Shown here piece after piece: positions 14,062 to 28,869 of a stretch of DNA of 64,000 bases. How positions within the stretch are numbered: position 1 is the stretch's first letter; each line of letters starts with the position of its first letter. The DNA is from the human T2T-CHM13v2.0 reference genome, Homo sapiens. Location: the NCBI RefSeq assembly GCF_009914755.1, contig NC_060929.1; one strand, written 5' to 3'. The position numbers and the translations under genes are program-made. The notes below the pieces were generated by a model. The model ran no database searches. It had not been told where the DNA came from and saw only the letters and a list, made by a program, of their open reading frames with translations.

Positions 14062-14200
14062 TTTTATTATTTATTTATTTTTACAGACTGGGTCTTGCTA
14101 TGTCACTCAGACTGGACTTTAACTCCTGGGCTCATGCAATCCTCCTGCCTCAGCTTCCCGAGTAGCTGAGATTACAGATGTGTGTCAGTGCTCCTGGCTA
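14062..14200 (-). mobile_element. FLAM (Alu monomer)
   Basis: gggtcttgctatgtc...aactcctgggctcatgcaatcctcctgcctcagc with (TTTA)n tail. Confidence 0.85.
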
Positions 14201-14569
14201 CGCACCTCTCTCTAAATCCTCGATATTCTCTCCCTACTCCTTATGTTAAGTGGTACTACTTGTTTTCTTATCTTTGAGACTCTAAAGACAATTAAAAGAG
14301 AACTGTCATGTGCATGTTTCCACACACTCAGGACAGACTCAGCTTTCTCTTCTGTTAATACAGAGGGACTATTGGTTCTTCCTGCTAAGGAAATCTTACC
14401 TATTTTTGTGCTCAGTCCAATACTCTCACTTATTCCATCATGACCCAGAAAATGGTTCTGTCTTCCATAAGTTCTTTTTCTACACTGATTCCTTCTCATT
14501 AGATTATTCAATAGCAAATAGGATGTACTCATTCATTTATAAAGCAAACAAAAAACAAAAAGATCTTCT

Positions 14570-14935
14570 TTGTCATCATATATAACCTTTCACTACCTTC
14601 TGCCTAATCACCCTAACTTTCTTTGCCCATATTTATTTTTCTGTTCCTCAAATACATTCGGCATGCTGCTACCTCAGGACCTTTGCACATTCTCTAACTT
14701 CTACTTGGGATTCCTTCCTCTTGACTGCTATATAAATCTGCTTCTAGATCACTGTCTTTTTCTTCAGGTCTTTCCTGAAATGTCATCTTATCATGAGGTC
14801 TTTTATAAAACCTTATTGTTTTCTAACTCTGCTCCTGCTGTATCTTCTCTCCTAGCCCTTATCTTTCTCTGACATATTGCCTATTTATTGTCTGGCTTTT
14901 TTGCTGTAAGGTGAGCTAGTTGAGAATAGAATTTA
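14570..14935 (+). mobile_element. L2 3' fragment
   Basis: ctgttcctcaaatac...cctcaggacctttgcac...ttttctttcctgaaatgtcatc-like...tgtaaggtgagc, typical decayed L2 3' region. Confidence 0.65.
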
Positions 14936-15084
14936 TTTTTTTTAAGTTTAATGATAAGTTCTAGTTAAGGAAATATAAAATAAATATATAAATATAGACA
15001 CAGAAAGTGACAATAAAAGTAGAAATATGTTGTCAAAATGTTAATGGCACAGTGGAAAAACTACCAAATAAGGACAAAAAACTC

Positions 15085-15370
15085 GGCCAGGCGCGGTGGC
15101 TCACGCCTGTAATCCCAGCACTTTGGGAGGCCGAGGCGGGAGGATCACGAGGTCAAGAGATAAAGACCATCCTGGCCAACATGGTGAAACCCTGTCTCTA
15201 CTAAAAATACAAAAATAGCTGGGTGTGATGGTGCACGCCTGTAATCCCAGCTACTTGAGAGGCTGAGTCAGGAGAATCGCTTGAACCCAGGAGGAGGAGG
15301 TTGCAGCGCGCCAAGATTGCACCACTCCACCCTGGGTGACAGAACGAGACTCCATCTCAAAAAAAAAAAA
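15085..15370 (+). mobile_element. AluSc-like
   Basis: ggatcacgaggtcaagagat..agaccatcctggccaac; poly-A. Confidence 0.95.
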
Positions 15371-15489
15371 CCTCATTATTTATACATATATAGCCAATTT
15401 AATTAAGTTGCTATTCCAACTCAATGGAAAGTGCTACTCCAAGTTAGTGGAAAGCTGGCTAGAAACGGAATTTAAAACAATAAGTTTAA

Positions 15490-15820
<331 letters not shown>

Positions 15821-16099
15821 CTCAATAAGTTTAATAAAATTCAATTCTAATGTGAGTATAAGAAAATAGAAATTTCATACATAGTTGTTATGAATGTTAA
15901 CTGGAAAAGCCTCTTCGAAAAGCAATAGGTAGTATCTACGTAATATTTCTTTCAGTCAACACAGTCCACCTTTGCAACCCTATAATAAAGAAATACAAAT
16001 GTTTCTAAAGATATATTTGAAATATTTAAATATTTAAAAATAGGATGTATATACATGTGTGAATTACACAGTTAGAAAATAATTAAAAATACATACATT

Positions 16100-16282
16100 G
16101 AAGCTGGTTGTATGCCTATAGTTCCAGCTATTTGGGAGACTTGAAGTGGGAAGATCACTTAAGCTCAGGAGTTCAAAGCTGTAGTGTGTGATGATCATAC
16201 CTGTGAATAGTCACTGCATTTGAGCCTGTGCAACAGAGTGAGACCCATACTTCTGAAATAATAATGATATTAAATAAATAAA
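16100..16282 (+). mobile_element. FAM (fossil Alu monomer)
   Basis: Retains the 7SL-derived cctgtgaatagtcactgca segment that dimeric Alus lack. Confidence 0.8.
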
Positions 16283-17007
16283 TGCATCTAAAGTAAGAAA
16301 GAAGGACTGAAGTGAAGAAAGAAGGAAGAAAAGAGAGAAGAAATGAGGGGAAAAGATTAATTATATTCTAGTTGTGGTATATTATATTTTTAGTCATACT
16401 CAAAAATTCCAGGGCAGCCCAGTTCCTCTTTGCCTCGATAAGGATGACCATCTCTTCATACACTATACTGGTATGATGGGCCAAAGCCAGGTGTACAAAA
16501 GCCAAGCTGTACTTCAACTTTTGGCAGCTCTGAGTGGACTTTGTATATAGAAGTGTCTTTGTTCCATAATATTAAGCTCTTGGCTGTGCTCACTGCCCTT
16601 TTCAGTCCAGAGCAAGGGTTTCCAGGAGGGAAGTACAACAGACATCCAGATTATTTGGCTAATATCTGCTACCAGTCTGTATGAAGAGCTGGTATGCTCA
16701 TGTCATGGACCCTCCAGTTATGTTATCCAGTCTGATGCTGGGAAGGTTGTGCCCCTGTTCAACCTCTGGAACCTAGCATAGGAGTTCAGTAGAAGAGACT
16801 GAAAAAAACAACAACAGCAACAAAAAACCTGCTGAATATGACTGATGGAAAAGATCAAAGCAGCAAAACATTCATTTGCAATAATAAAAAGACTTTTAAT
16901 GCCTTTTAAGAACTTCACTGTTTAAATTAATGATTGACATTTTGTATCATTACCTAGCAATGAATTAAAAACATCAACTTTAGATGTAGGTGTCAGCAAG
17001 GTTTATT

Positions 17008-17731
<724 letters not shown>

Positions 17732-18519
17732 AAAGACAAAATTAATTTACAGTCTTAGCTGTAATGACTGTGATAGCTTAAAAAAAATAAGCTAAGTATC
17801 CTTAAACAACCTAAAGGATTTATCTCTATACACTATTATTTAAAATGCTGGACCAGCTAGAATTTACAACAGGTTATATAAAACTTATCTCAGAAAACGA
17901 AAATCTACAGTGCTAGTCTCAAATCCAGTAGCGATCCTATGCATACTAAATGTAAAGCAGAGACTATGTTGTATTTATGTAGCTTATGAATATAAACTTT
18001 CATTTTATATTTTGCTTCCTCTAAAATGACATAAAGTCTTAGATTAAGAGGCACTATGATAGCAGATTTTTCCAGATGGAAGAGAATGGCATAATTGATT
18101 ATTTGCTGCATATTAAAAGATGATATTTTAGACAAATTGCTATCCACTTATTTTCTCCAGTAGGAGCTACAACTTGATTTAAAACAAGATTTTAAATGTA
18201 TAGTTGCCGGCTATGTAAGTAACAAGGAAAATAGCTATGTAATAAATGTGAGATTTGGTGTTTTATGCAGATTCAGTTTGTAAATCTCATAATATATTTT
18301 GGGCTTATGTTTGCAGTAGAATAGTAAAAAGATATATATTCCACCAAATGGTATTATAAATTATATAAGTCAAATTCTCCATTTTACATATGAGGAAATT
18401 TACCACAGAATGGAAGTACTTTCCTTGTTCATAAACTTTTCATTGACAGAACAAGAACTAGTATAATAATCTCCTGAAATTAATCTCCTGGCTGCAGAGA
18501 AATTAACTACAATTATTCA

Positions 18520-18895
18520 TTTTCTTAGTCTATTTTGTGTTGCTATAAAAGAATATGCAAGACAGGGTAACTTATAAAGAAAATAAGTGTATATGGATCA
18601 CAATTATGGAGGTTGGGAAGTCCAAGATTGGGCAGCCCATCTGCTGATGTTCTCACTGTGTTTAAACTCATAGTGAAAGCATAAGGAAGGAAATGGGCAT
18701 CTGCAAAGAATCCAAGCAAGAGAAGGAGCAACCGGCTTGTGAACTCACTCCCTTAAGACAGCATTAATGTATTCAAGGGGATCTGCCCTGTGATCCAAAC
18801 ACCGCCTACTAGGTCTCACTTCCCAACACTGCCACATTGGGAATCAAATTTCAACATGCGTTTTGTCAGCGACAAATCACTTCCAAGCCATAGCA
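18520..18895 (-). mobile_element. MaLR solo LTR (MSTC/MSTD/MLT1A-like)
   Basis: ttagtctattttgtgttgctataaaagaata...gggaagtccaagat...aatcaaatttcaacatg...ccatagca. Confidence 0.85.
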
Positions 18896-19414
18896 ACCAC
18901 GTACCCACAAATAAGAGTCGTAATCTATTAGGGTTTTTCTTAAGTTGATCATTTTTTCTGTATATAAAGTGACACATTTCAGAATAAATTAGTATGATTT
19001 AATCCTGTCTCAGTGACTATTCTTTCTTTTATCAAAATGGTTTATTATGATAAATGTAGTGGTCATATTTCAAATGCATTGTTTACCTTTGCATACACTG
19101 TATATATAGAATCCTCAAAAACATATGGTATTATGAAATTTTTATATTTGCATGTGCAATATCATATAACATTATTATACAGTGTGCTTTTACCACTCAA
19201 AATTATGTTTCTGAGTTCTACATCTATCTATATCTATGTATGTAAAGATTGACCTATATGTGATATTGTTCTACAAATAGAATTTTTCTATTTTCAGTAA
19301 TTTATTATTATGAACATCATGCTATAAACATTCATATGCCTTTCTACTTCTATAAAGTTGCAAGAACTTCTCTGTCATTTACTCAGAAGTAGTGTTTCTG
19401 GTCTTTATAGTAAC

Positions 19415-22400
19415 TTTTATTTTTTATTTATTTTTTTATTTCCATAGTTTTGGGGGTACAGGTGGTTTTTGGTTACATGGATGAGTTCTACAGTGGTGAA
19501 TTCTGAGATTTTAATGAACCCATCACCCAAGCAGTGTACACTGTACCAAATATGTAATCTTTTATTTCTCACTCCCCTCTCAACCTCTGACCTTGAGGCC
19601 CCAAAGTCCATTATATAATTCTGTGTGTCTTGGACTCATCAAAGCTTAGCTTCCACTTATAAATGAGAACATATGGTATTTGGTTTTCCACTCCTGAGTT
19701 ACTTCACTTCAAATAATGGCCCCAGCTCCATTCAACTTGCAGCAAATATTTCATTCCTTTTTATGGCTGAGTAGTATTCCATGGTGTATATACACTACAT
19801 TTTCTTTATTGATCACTCATTGGTCAGTGGGCACTTAGGTTGATTCCATATCTTTGCAATTGCTAATTGTGCTGCTATAAACGTGTGTGCATGTGTTCTT
19901 TTCATACAATGACTTCTTTTCCTTTGGATAGATACCCAGTATTGAGATTTCTAGATCAAATGAAAGTTCTACTTTTAGTTCTTTAAGGAATCTCCATACT
20001 GTTTTCCATAGTGGTTGTACTCATTTACATTCCCACAAGAAGTATAACAGTTCTTCCTTTTCGCCAAATCCAACAAATATCTATTGTTTTTGACTTTTCA
20101 ACTGTGGTCATTTTTGCAAGATTAAGGTGATATTTCATTGTGGTTTTAATTTGTATTTCCATGATAATAAGTGATGTTGAGCACACTAATGTGTTTGTGT
20201 ATCTTTATCTTCTTTGGATAAATGTTTGTATATCTTCTTTGGAGAAATGCCTGTTCACATCCTTTACCCACTTTTTGATAGGATTATTTGCTTTTTTTCT
20301 TTTGATTTGTTTGAGTTCCTTATAGATTCTGGATACTAGTCCTTTGTCATATGCATAGTTTGCAAATATGTTCTCTCATTCTGTGGGTTTTCTGTTTACT
20401 CTGCATAGCAAAATAAATATTTTTTTTCTATGCAGCAGGTTTATAGTTTAATTACGTCCCATTTATTTATTTTTGTTTGTGTTGAATTTGCTTTTGGGGT
20501 CCTAGTCATTAATTATTTGCCTAGGCCAATGTTCCAAAGAGTTTTTTCAAAGTTATCTTCTACAATTTCTATGGTTTCAGGTCTTAGATTTAAGTCATTG
20601 ATACACCTTCAGTTGATTTTGTATAAGGGAAAAGATGAGGATCCAGTTTAATTCTTCCACTAGTGGCTTGCCAGTTACCCAGCCCCATTTCTTAAATAGG
20701 GTTTCTTTTCCCCCGTTTATGTTTTTGTATGCTTTGTTGAAGAACAGTTGGCTGTAAGTATTTGGCTTTGTTTCTGGGTTCTCTTTTCTGTTCCATTGGT
20801 CTAAGTGCCTGTTTTTACACCAGTGTAATACTGTTTTGATAACTGTAACTTTGTAGCATAATTTGAATTCCAGTAATGTCATGCCTCAAGATGTGTTATT
20901 TTTGCTTAGATTACTTTGGCTATTGGGGCACTTTTTTAGTTCCATATGAATATTAGAATTGTTTCTTCTACTTCTGTGAAAAATGGTGATAGGATTTTGA
21001 TGGGAATTGCATTGAATCTGTAGATTTCTTTGGGGATAGTGGTGATTTTTGCAATATTAATTCTTCCCATCCATAAGCATGGGATGTGTTTCCATTTATT
21101 TGTTTGTGCCATCTATGATTTATTTCAGTAGCGTTTTGCAGTTTTCCTTGTAGAGAACTTTCACTTCCTTGGATAAGTATATTCCTAGGTATTTGTGTTT
21201 TTTTGCAGCTTTTGTAAAGGCGATTGAGTTCTTTATTTGATTATCAGCTTGGTTGTTGTTGGTGTATAGCAGTACTACTGATTTGTGTACACTAATTTTG
21301 TAACCTGAGACTTTATTGAATATGTTTATCAAATCTAGGAGCTATTTGGATGAGTCTTTAGGGTTTTCTAGGTATGTAATCATATCATCAAAGGACAGTG
21401 ACAGTGTGACTTCCTCTTTTTTAATTTTGATGCCCTTTATTTCTTTCTCTTGCATTATTTCTCTTCCAGTGCTATGTTGAATAGAAGTCATGAAAGTGGG
21501 CATCCTATTCTTTTTCCAGTTTTCAGGGGGAATGCTGTAAACTTTTATTCAGTCAATACGATGTTGGCTGTGGATTTGTTATATACAGTTTTTAGTACTT
21601 TGAGGTAAGTCCCTTCTATGCCTACTTTGTTGAGAGCTTTTACCACAAAGGGATACTGGATTTTATCTACTGCTGTTTCTGTGTCTATTGAGATAATTAT
21701 ATGGTTTTTTGTTTTTAATTTTGTTTATATGATGTCTAGTTTCCTTTTTGTTATGTCCTTTCCTGGTTTTGATGTTAGGGTGAAACTGGCTTCATAGAAT
21801 TCTTTAGGGAGAGTTCCTTATTTCTGTATCTTTTGGAATAGTTTCAGTAGGCTTGCTACCAATTCTTCCTTGAATGTCTGGTAGACTTCAGCTGTGAATC
21901 AACCTGGTTGTAGACATTTTTTTTCCTTGGCAGTTTTTTTATTACTGATTCAATCTCACTGCTTGTTATTGTTCTGTTCAGGATTTCTATTTTTTCCTGG
22001 TTTAATGTAGGAGGATTAGATGCTTCCAAGAATTAATTCATTTCATCTAGATATTCTAGTTTGTGCTTTTAAAGGTGTTCATTGTAGCCTTGAATAATCT
22101 TTTGTATTTCTGTGGCATCAGTTGTAATGTCTCTAGTTTCATTTCTAATTGAGCTTATTTGAATCTTATCTCTTCTTTTCTTGGTTAATCTCCCTAAAGG
22201 TCCAACACTTTCTTTTATGTTTTCAACAAACCAGTTTTTTTGTGTGTCATTTATCTTTTGTATTTTTCCAGTTTCCCTTTCATTTAATTCTGCTCTGATC
22301 TTTGTGATTTTTTTTTTTCTTCTCCTGGCTTTCAGTTTAATTTGCTCCTGTTTCTGTAGTTCCTTGAAGCGTGACAAGAGGCTACCATTTGTGCTGTTTC

Positions 22401-23881
22401 AGACTTTTGGATATAGGCATTTAATGCTATAAAATTTCCTCTTAGCGTTGCTTTTGCTGTATCCTGGAGGATTTGATAACTTGTGTCACTATTATCGTTC
22501 ATTTCAAAGAATTTTCTAAATTACTATCTTGATTCCATTGTTAATCCAAAAATCATTCAAGAGCAGATTATTTAATTTCCATGTATTTGTATAATTTTGA
22601 GGGTTCCTTTTGAAGTTGAGTTCCAGTTTTATTTCCCTGTGGTCTGGGAAAGTACTTGATATATCAATTTCAATTACCTTAAATTTATTAAAACTTATTT
22701 TGTGGCCTATAATATGGTCCTATCTTGGAGAATGTTCCAAGTGCCGATGAGAATGTATATTCTACAATTCTTGGGAAGAATTTCTGTAAATATCTGTTAA
22801 GTCCATTTGTTCTAGGGTATAATTTAAGTCCATTGGTTCTTTGTTGACTTTCTGTCTTTATGATCTGTCTAGTGCTGTCAATGGAGTATTAAAGTCCCCC
22901 ACTATTATTTTTTTGCTGTCTGTCTCATTTCTTTGGTCTAGTAATAATCTTATTAAAAATCTGGGAGCTTTAGTGTGAGGTGCATATAAATTTAGGATTG
23001 TAATATCTTCTTGTTGGACTGATTCTTTTATCATTATATAATACCCTTCTTTGTCTTTTTATACTGCTATTTCTTTAAAGTCTGTTTTGTCTGATGTAAG
23101 CATAGCTTCTCCTACTTAATTTTTATTTGTGTTTGTATAGAATATCTTTTTCTATTCTTTTGCCTTGAGTTTATAGAAATCCCTATGTGTTAAGTGAGTC
23201 TCTTGAAGAAAGAGGAAATTTGGTATGTGATTTTTAAAAATCCATTCTGCCATTCTGTATCTTTTAAGTGGAGTATTTAGACCATTTATATTCAATGTTA
23301 ATATTGAGATGTGAGATACTGTTAGATTCATCATGTTAGTTGTTACCTACTTTGTGTTTTTTTTTCATTGTGCTATTATTTTATAGACCCTGTGAATTTT
23401 ATACTTTTAGAAGGTTCTATTTGGTTTATATTGAGTTTTTGTTTCAGGATTTAGACTCATTTTAACATTTCTTGTAGAGTTGGTTTGGTAGGGGCAAATT
23501 CCCTCAGCATTTGTTTGTCTGAAAGATCTTTCTTGCTGCTGCTTCAACTTTTATATTTCTCACTGCTCCCTCAATCAGTTCTAGCCCTGGGTAGGGTTAA
23601 GGTCTTCTCCCTTGGCCTGAATTCTTAGGTTCCCTGATGGAAATGTATATCCTAAAGGCAGTCTCTCTCCCTCTCACACTCTGAGGACTTATAGATTTTT
23701 GCCTGTCTCATGGAGTAAGCTGCAGCCTGGCGCTGCCTTCAAAAGGTCTGTGGATTCTTTTTTTTTTTTTTTTTTTCTGTTAAGTTCTTGCATTGAATCT
23801 TATACTGTGAATCTCTACACACTATTTTGTCTGTCCAAGTGAGAGAGGCATGCTAACACTGCCTGCAATCTGCCATCCTGG
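19415..23881 (-). mobile_element. L1PB element with 5' end, internal deletion of most of the 5'UTR/ORF1, decayed ORF2; nested in an older L1M
   Basis: L1PB-type 3' end (gggggtacaggtggtttttggttacatggatgag); ORF2 start MMNLTVSHISILTLNINGLN at 23334; RT fragments (KVSGYKISVHKS); 5' terminus gccatcctgg. Confidence 0.93.
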
Positions 23882-24039
23882 AAAAAAAACAAAACCAAAA
23901 GCTTTACATTAAAAATGAATCCTACCAAAAATATCTCTAAGGTGGTTGTCAAAAATTTGTATTTTCTTCATTAATCCACATGCTTGCCAAAATTAATATA
24001 AGCAAATAATTTATTATTTGAAACACTGATGATATTGTC

Positions 24040-25180
24040 TTGTGTATTTTAACTTTTTTCATATATAATATCTAATATACATATAATAAAATGTGTATGT
24101 CAAAATCATAGTTTGCTTAATTTGCACAAATTGAACACACGTGTGCAACCAACAATCGTAACTCAGATTAGGAAATAAAATTCTACCACTATTTCAATTA
24201 CCACCTCATGCTCCCTTCCAGACACTACCTATCTCAAATGTCACCATAGTCCTAGTTTCAAGTAAATTTATTTTACCTAAATCATTCTTTAGATAAATTG
24301 TGGCTTACAGTCAATATTCTATTGTGTCTGACTTCTTCTGCTTAGCATTTTGTTAGTGAGATTAATCTTCATAGTTGTACACAGATAATGTATTCTAAGT
24401 TTTGGTAGTCATGTTTTACAGCATTTCATTGTATCTATATACCCTATTTTATTTATACATTCAAATTTGATGGGAATAAAGTATATTTTGGGGAAGTGAG
24501 TGCTATTATAAATAGTATAGCTATAAGCTTTTTAGTAAATATAATTTAATTAACAAGTGTATTAATTCATTTTGTGTATATATCTTCAAATGCACTTAGG
24601 GGGCCACAGGATACACATATGTTCAATTTTAGAAGATAACGAAAAATATTTTTCCAGAATCATTGTTCAAATGTATACTCTCACCAGCGGTGTATAAAAT
24701 ATTGGATGTACATATCCCGGACAAAACTTGGAATTGTCATTCATTTTCATTTTAGCCATTCTTGTTTGTGAAAATTTATATCATTTCACTGGTGGTTGAT
24801 GGAGTTAAACATCTTTTAAAAAGATGCTTATTGTCCATTTAAATATGCTTTAATGTGAAATACTCATTTCTTCTTGCTGCTTTTTGGATCATTTAGCATT
24901 TTCTTGTTCATTTGTTGTATAAAATAAATCGATATAAGTACAGTGACGATCTTTCATTAATTAGTAGCTTGTCTTTTTCTTCCTTAACTGTAATTCTTGA
25001 AGAACAAGTGTTCTCAATTTTATTATAGCCTGTGTTTTCCTATAACAAATTGTGCTTAGTGAAACATGTTTTAAAACTATCTATCCCACATTATTATCAT
25101 AAATCTATTTTTCTATAGCCCCCTCTAAAATATTTATTGTTTTAATTTTATAATTATATGTGCAATCATTTTGAATATAA
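24040..25180 (-). mobile_element. Old L1M (L1MD/ME-type) 3' end
   Basis: aatttgcacaaattgaacacac...gtgtctgacttcttctgcttagcat...cattttagccattct, decayed L1M 3' sequence. Confidence 0.75.
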
Positions 25181-26340
25181 TCAATAATATAACTTAGAAT
25201 ATATGAAATAAACATTGATGGAAATAAATTAAATACAGACATTCCATAATTCTGGTGGTGGGACTTCAACACATTTTCCTCAACAGCTAATATTACCAGT
25301 CAAAATATCAGTGTGGCTGTAAAATGTGTGAACAAAACAATCATTAAATTTGACCTAATAGGCATTTATGGAACACTTTGCATAATTACATTCTTTTCAA
25401 TTGTTTATGCAACATTTACGACATTGACTTATAAAGAAAATGACCAATTTCAAAATATTAAAATCCTTTGTGTTTTTTCAGAACTTAAACAAAAATCGGA
25501 TTTAAGCTAAAAATAAACAAGTAGATAACCAGAAAAAAATCCAATTTGCAGAGTAAAATGTATACACTGCTAAATAATTATAAAGTTAAATAACCATATA
25601 CAAATTTTAAAAATATTTGAACATAATGATAATATGGCAGCCACGGCATATTCTCTCTTGTATGATGCAGCTATCATAATACTTAGAAATAATTTGATAG
25701 CCTTAAACATATATACTAGAGAAGAAAAATCAGAAGAAAATTAATGACTTAATTTTCCATTTCAAAAAGTTAGAAGAATAACCGGAAAATCAAATCTGAA
25801 GGACAAAGAAGAAATAATCCAACCTAGAACAAGAGTCAATGAAATAGAAAACAAACATAAAATAGAGCAAATCAAGAAAGCTAACCATAGTCCGTCTAAA
25901 AAGATTTATTAAATTAATAAATTTATAGCAAGATGATAGAGACTAAATAGAGATGTTTCCAAAATCAGATGTTTCCAATTCTTCCAAAAAAGAATAATAC
26001 CAAACAAGAGTATCATCCCAAATCTTCCTGACAAACTTAAAGTAACAAGTGAACATTGTGAGCAACTAAACATTACATTTGATAGTTTGAATAAAGTAGA
26101 TTAATTCTCCAAATAATTACCCTACTGAAGACTACTGGAGAAGAAATATAAGACATGAAGGCTCTGATATCATTAAAATATTATAAAGACATTTTTTAAA
26201 AACCTTTCAATACAGAAAGACCAAAGATATGATGGACCCAGTGGTGAATTTTTCTTAAACATGTTTTCCTTTAAGAAATTAAGGAACAAATAAAGTTAAT
26301 CTTACACAAGTCATTTTAGGGAGTAGAAAATGAGTGGAAA
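25181..26340 (+). mobile_element. Old L1M ORF2 fragment (late endonuclease to pre-RT), inverted relative to the neighbouring 3' end
   Basis: gggacttcaacac, tttgacctaataggcatttatggaacact, tatgatgcagctatc, caatgaaatagaaaacaaac. Confidence 0.8.
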
Positions 26341-26739
26341 TTTACACTTGGAGACTACTGAATCCCTGCTTCTATAACTGTGACTGAAACTTGGCCACGT
26401 AATTAATATCAAAACATTTCTCCTATTTTTGAAAAATTGACTTAAAATTATATCTCACATAATTGTAATTTTGACTACAACTCTAACTAAATTATCTTTG
26501 TTATTCCCATTATTATTCTCATTTCTTTTTTAATTGATCACAGTTTTGTTTTATTTTATATTTGTTTCTAAAGCAACAACATACATAAAAGCAACAAGGA
26601 AATTATAACTATTTTGAGAGTGTCTGAAATCACTCGGGTGATTTTCAAGAATGAATACTTTAGTCTGGAAAAGAAGTAAGAAAACCTAAACTTGCAAAGG
26701 ACATTGCTTGCAGGGCACTCTAACAACCAAAAACCGTGG

Positions 26740-26935
26740 TGTAGAAGTTCACCTGCCCAGAATGTAATACTAGTCCCTACTCAACTTCCAGATACTCAGT
26801 TTCGATCTATAAAATGTAAGAAATGATATTGCATTCCTCAAAGAATTGTTTTTGAAGAATTATGAGATGATTATAAATTCCTCAGAACAGTGCATGACTT
26901 TGGTATGCGCTTAGTATCAGACATTATTTATTATT
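26740..26935 (+). mobile_element. MIR fragment
   Basis: ctcagtttcgatctataaaatg...gaattgtt...gaattatgagatga...ctcagaacagtgcatgac core. Confidence 0.65.
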
Positions 26936-28576
26936 GATAACTCATGAGTGAATGATAAGACAGGGTGTAAAAAGAGGTAGTTTTAAGTGCAGGGTAAGTG
27001 TATGTGCAAACAGCTGCAGAAAGATCTCTTTATGAAGGGCAATGTGGGAGAGTTCATCCATTTAAGGAGTTCTAGGTGTGGTTTCTGTGGAATATAGATT
27101 GCTTACAAGTGAGGCTTTGAAAGCTTGGGCAATGACTGGCTTTAGGGACAAAAGACTATCTTATTTTTGTAAGCAATGTATTGAGGGTAATGTCCTGTGT
27201 GAGTCTGAGTACCTCTACCATGTAGCCTTGTAGGGTAGCTTAAGGACTATGAGACTGAGGAAGGTCAATGCTGAGTGAACATTCATGACATGGGACAAAG
27301 AGAACAAGAAGATGCCTTAAGACTGGATCCTTTATGAATATTTGTTTTTCTGTTTCTTCCACTTTTTTATAAAGATGGAATGGAAGGATTGACCTGAATT
27401 CCTCCATTTGAGAAAGAATAACACTGATCTTGCAAAATAATTGTATAGAGATACATAACAAGATGACAAGTTTATACACAAAATTGCAAAAAAGCTGCAG
27501 CTTCTTCAGTTTCTATGTTAAGCCTCTTGAGCTTCAAGGCACCAGGGGTTGTGGGAGAACATTTAACTTACCAACGAACTTACTCTAGTCTCTGGGTTTT
27601 AAAACAATCTCTATTTCTCTGGTCTATGAGCCTGTCTCCTTTGGAGAACTTCTTGTTTTTATTCTGTTTCTGGTTTGTTTTGTTTGGGTTTTAAGGTGCG
27701 TGTAAATAATAGGAGGCTTGCCTGGTTTTGTTTGTACCTAGAGAGTAATGTTAATATTTCAGCACTGGTCTTTGCTTTATCTTCTGTGCAGTGATGACTC
27801 CCTACAGTGAGATGAATAGTCTGGCCAGGTCTGTAGGTAATGTATATTCTTGCCCTTGAAAAAGGGAAAACTTAAGTTGTTGCAGTCCTATGATTCAGGC
27901 AAGAACTGTGATACTGCTTTGTTGACATGCTTTGACCTGCAGACCTCTGAATGAACACTCTTCATGCTATCTTTGCATAAAGAGTTGTTGCTTTCTAGCT
28001 TTTTTGGTTAGTGTCCACTGCCTCTATCCAGAAGGCTCTCAACTCAGTGACTCTTTTAATCACCCACAGAAATATGGGATTTTTGTATCCACTAAATACC
28101 AAAAATCTATTTATTAAGACAGGGAGTTCTCATTCTTTTTGTCTACGCATGTAATACACATAATGTTTTCTTTTTCATAACTATGCTTTTGGCATAAGAC
28201 CACACTGGTTGACCCTTACAATTATGATTAGGTTTTCAGTTAACCTAATGAACACCCATCCTCTTCAGAATTTTAATTTGTAGTCTGTAGCCAAGATACA
28301 ACCAGTCTGACTGCATGCTTCCCTCACTTTGTTTCCTATAATTTTCTCACCCTTCTGACTTTCAGAAGAAAAAGTACAGGATTTCCCTGCTTCCTGGAAG
28401 AATGAGGACTGTTCATTCCATTATACATTGTAGTGTTTAGCTGTGTTATATGATAAAACTGAACATTCAAGCAGTCAGGCCTGCCTCTTATATAAGAAGC
28501 TTAAATATTTTAAATAAGTTTTAAATCGCTTTTTACAAAAATGTATGACCATTTGCATTTCAAGTATTTTCTAGGG

Positions 28577-28869
28577 CTCTGATGTCTAATACAATAGTTA
28601 TTACTCACAAGTGGCCATTTAGTAATTGAAATGCAGATTGTTGAAATTGATATGTGTCATGAGTGTAAAATATATGCCACATTTTACAGACTTATGAAAA
28701 ACATAATATAAAATAGCTGGATAATATTTTTGTTCAAATGAAATTTTTTGTACATATTTGGTTAAATACAATTAATTTAATGTTTCTTTTTAGTTTTGAA
28801 AAATTATGCCTTCCAGACAATTTAACATTATCTGTGTGATTCACATTATATGTCTATTGGACAGTGCTA
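28577..28869 (-). mobile_element. MER33 (hAT-Charlie) DNA transposon
   Basis: Terminal tattggacagtgct; 8-bp TSD ttctaggg at 28569-28576 and 28870-28877. Confidence 0.85.

Noticed and set aside
13816-14169. Phe/Leu/Ser-rich membrane-like ORFs
   Set aside because: Translation of the (CTTT)n microsatellite
16100-16282. 7SL RNA gene
   Set aside because: Lacks the S domain and is heavily diverged; it is a FAM
19415-23334. L1 ORF2 as an active reverse transcriptase/endonuclease
   Set aside because: Many stops and frameshifts, plus an internal deletion near 21735
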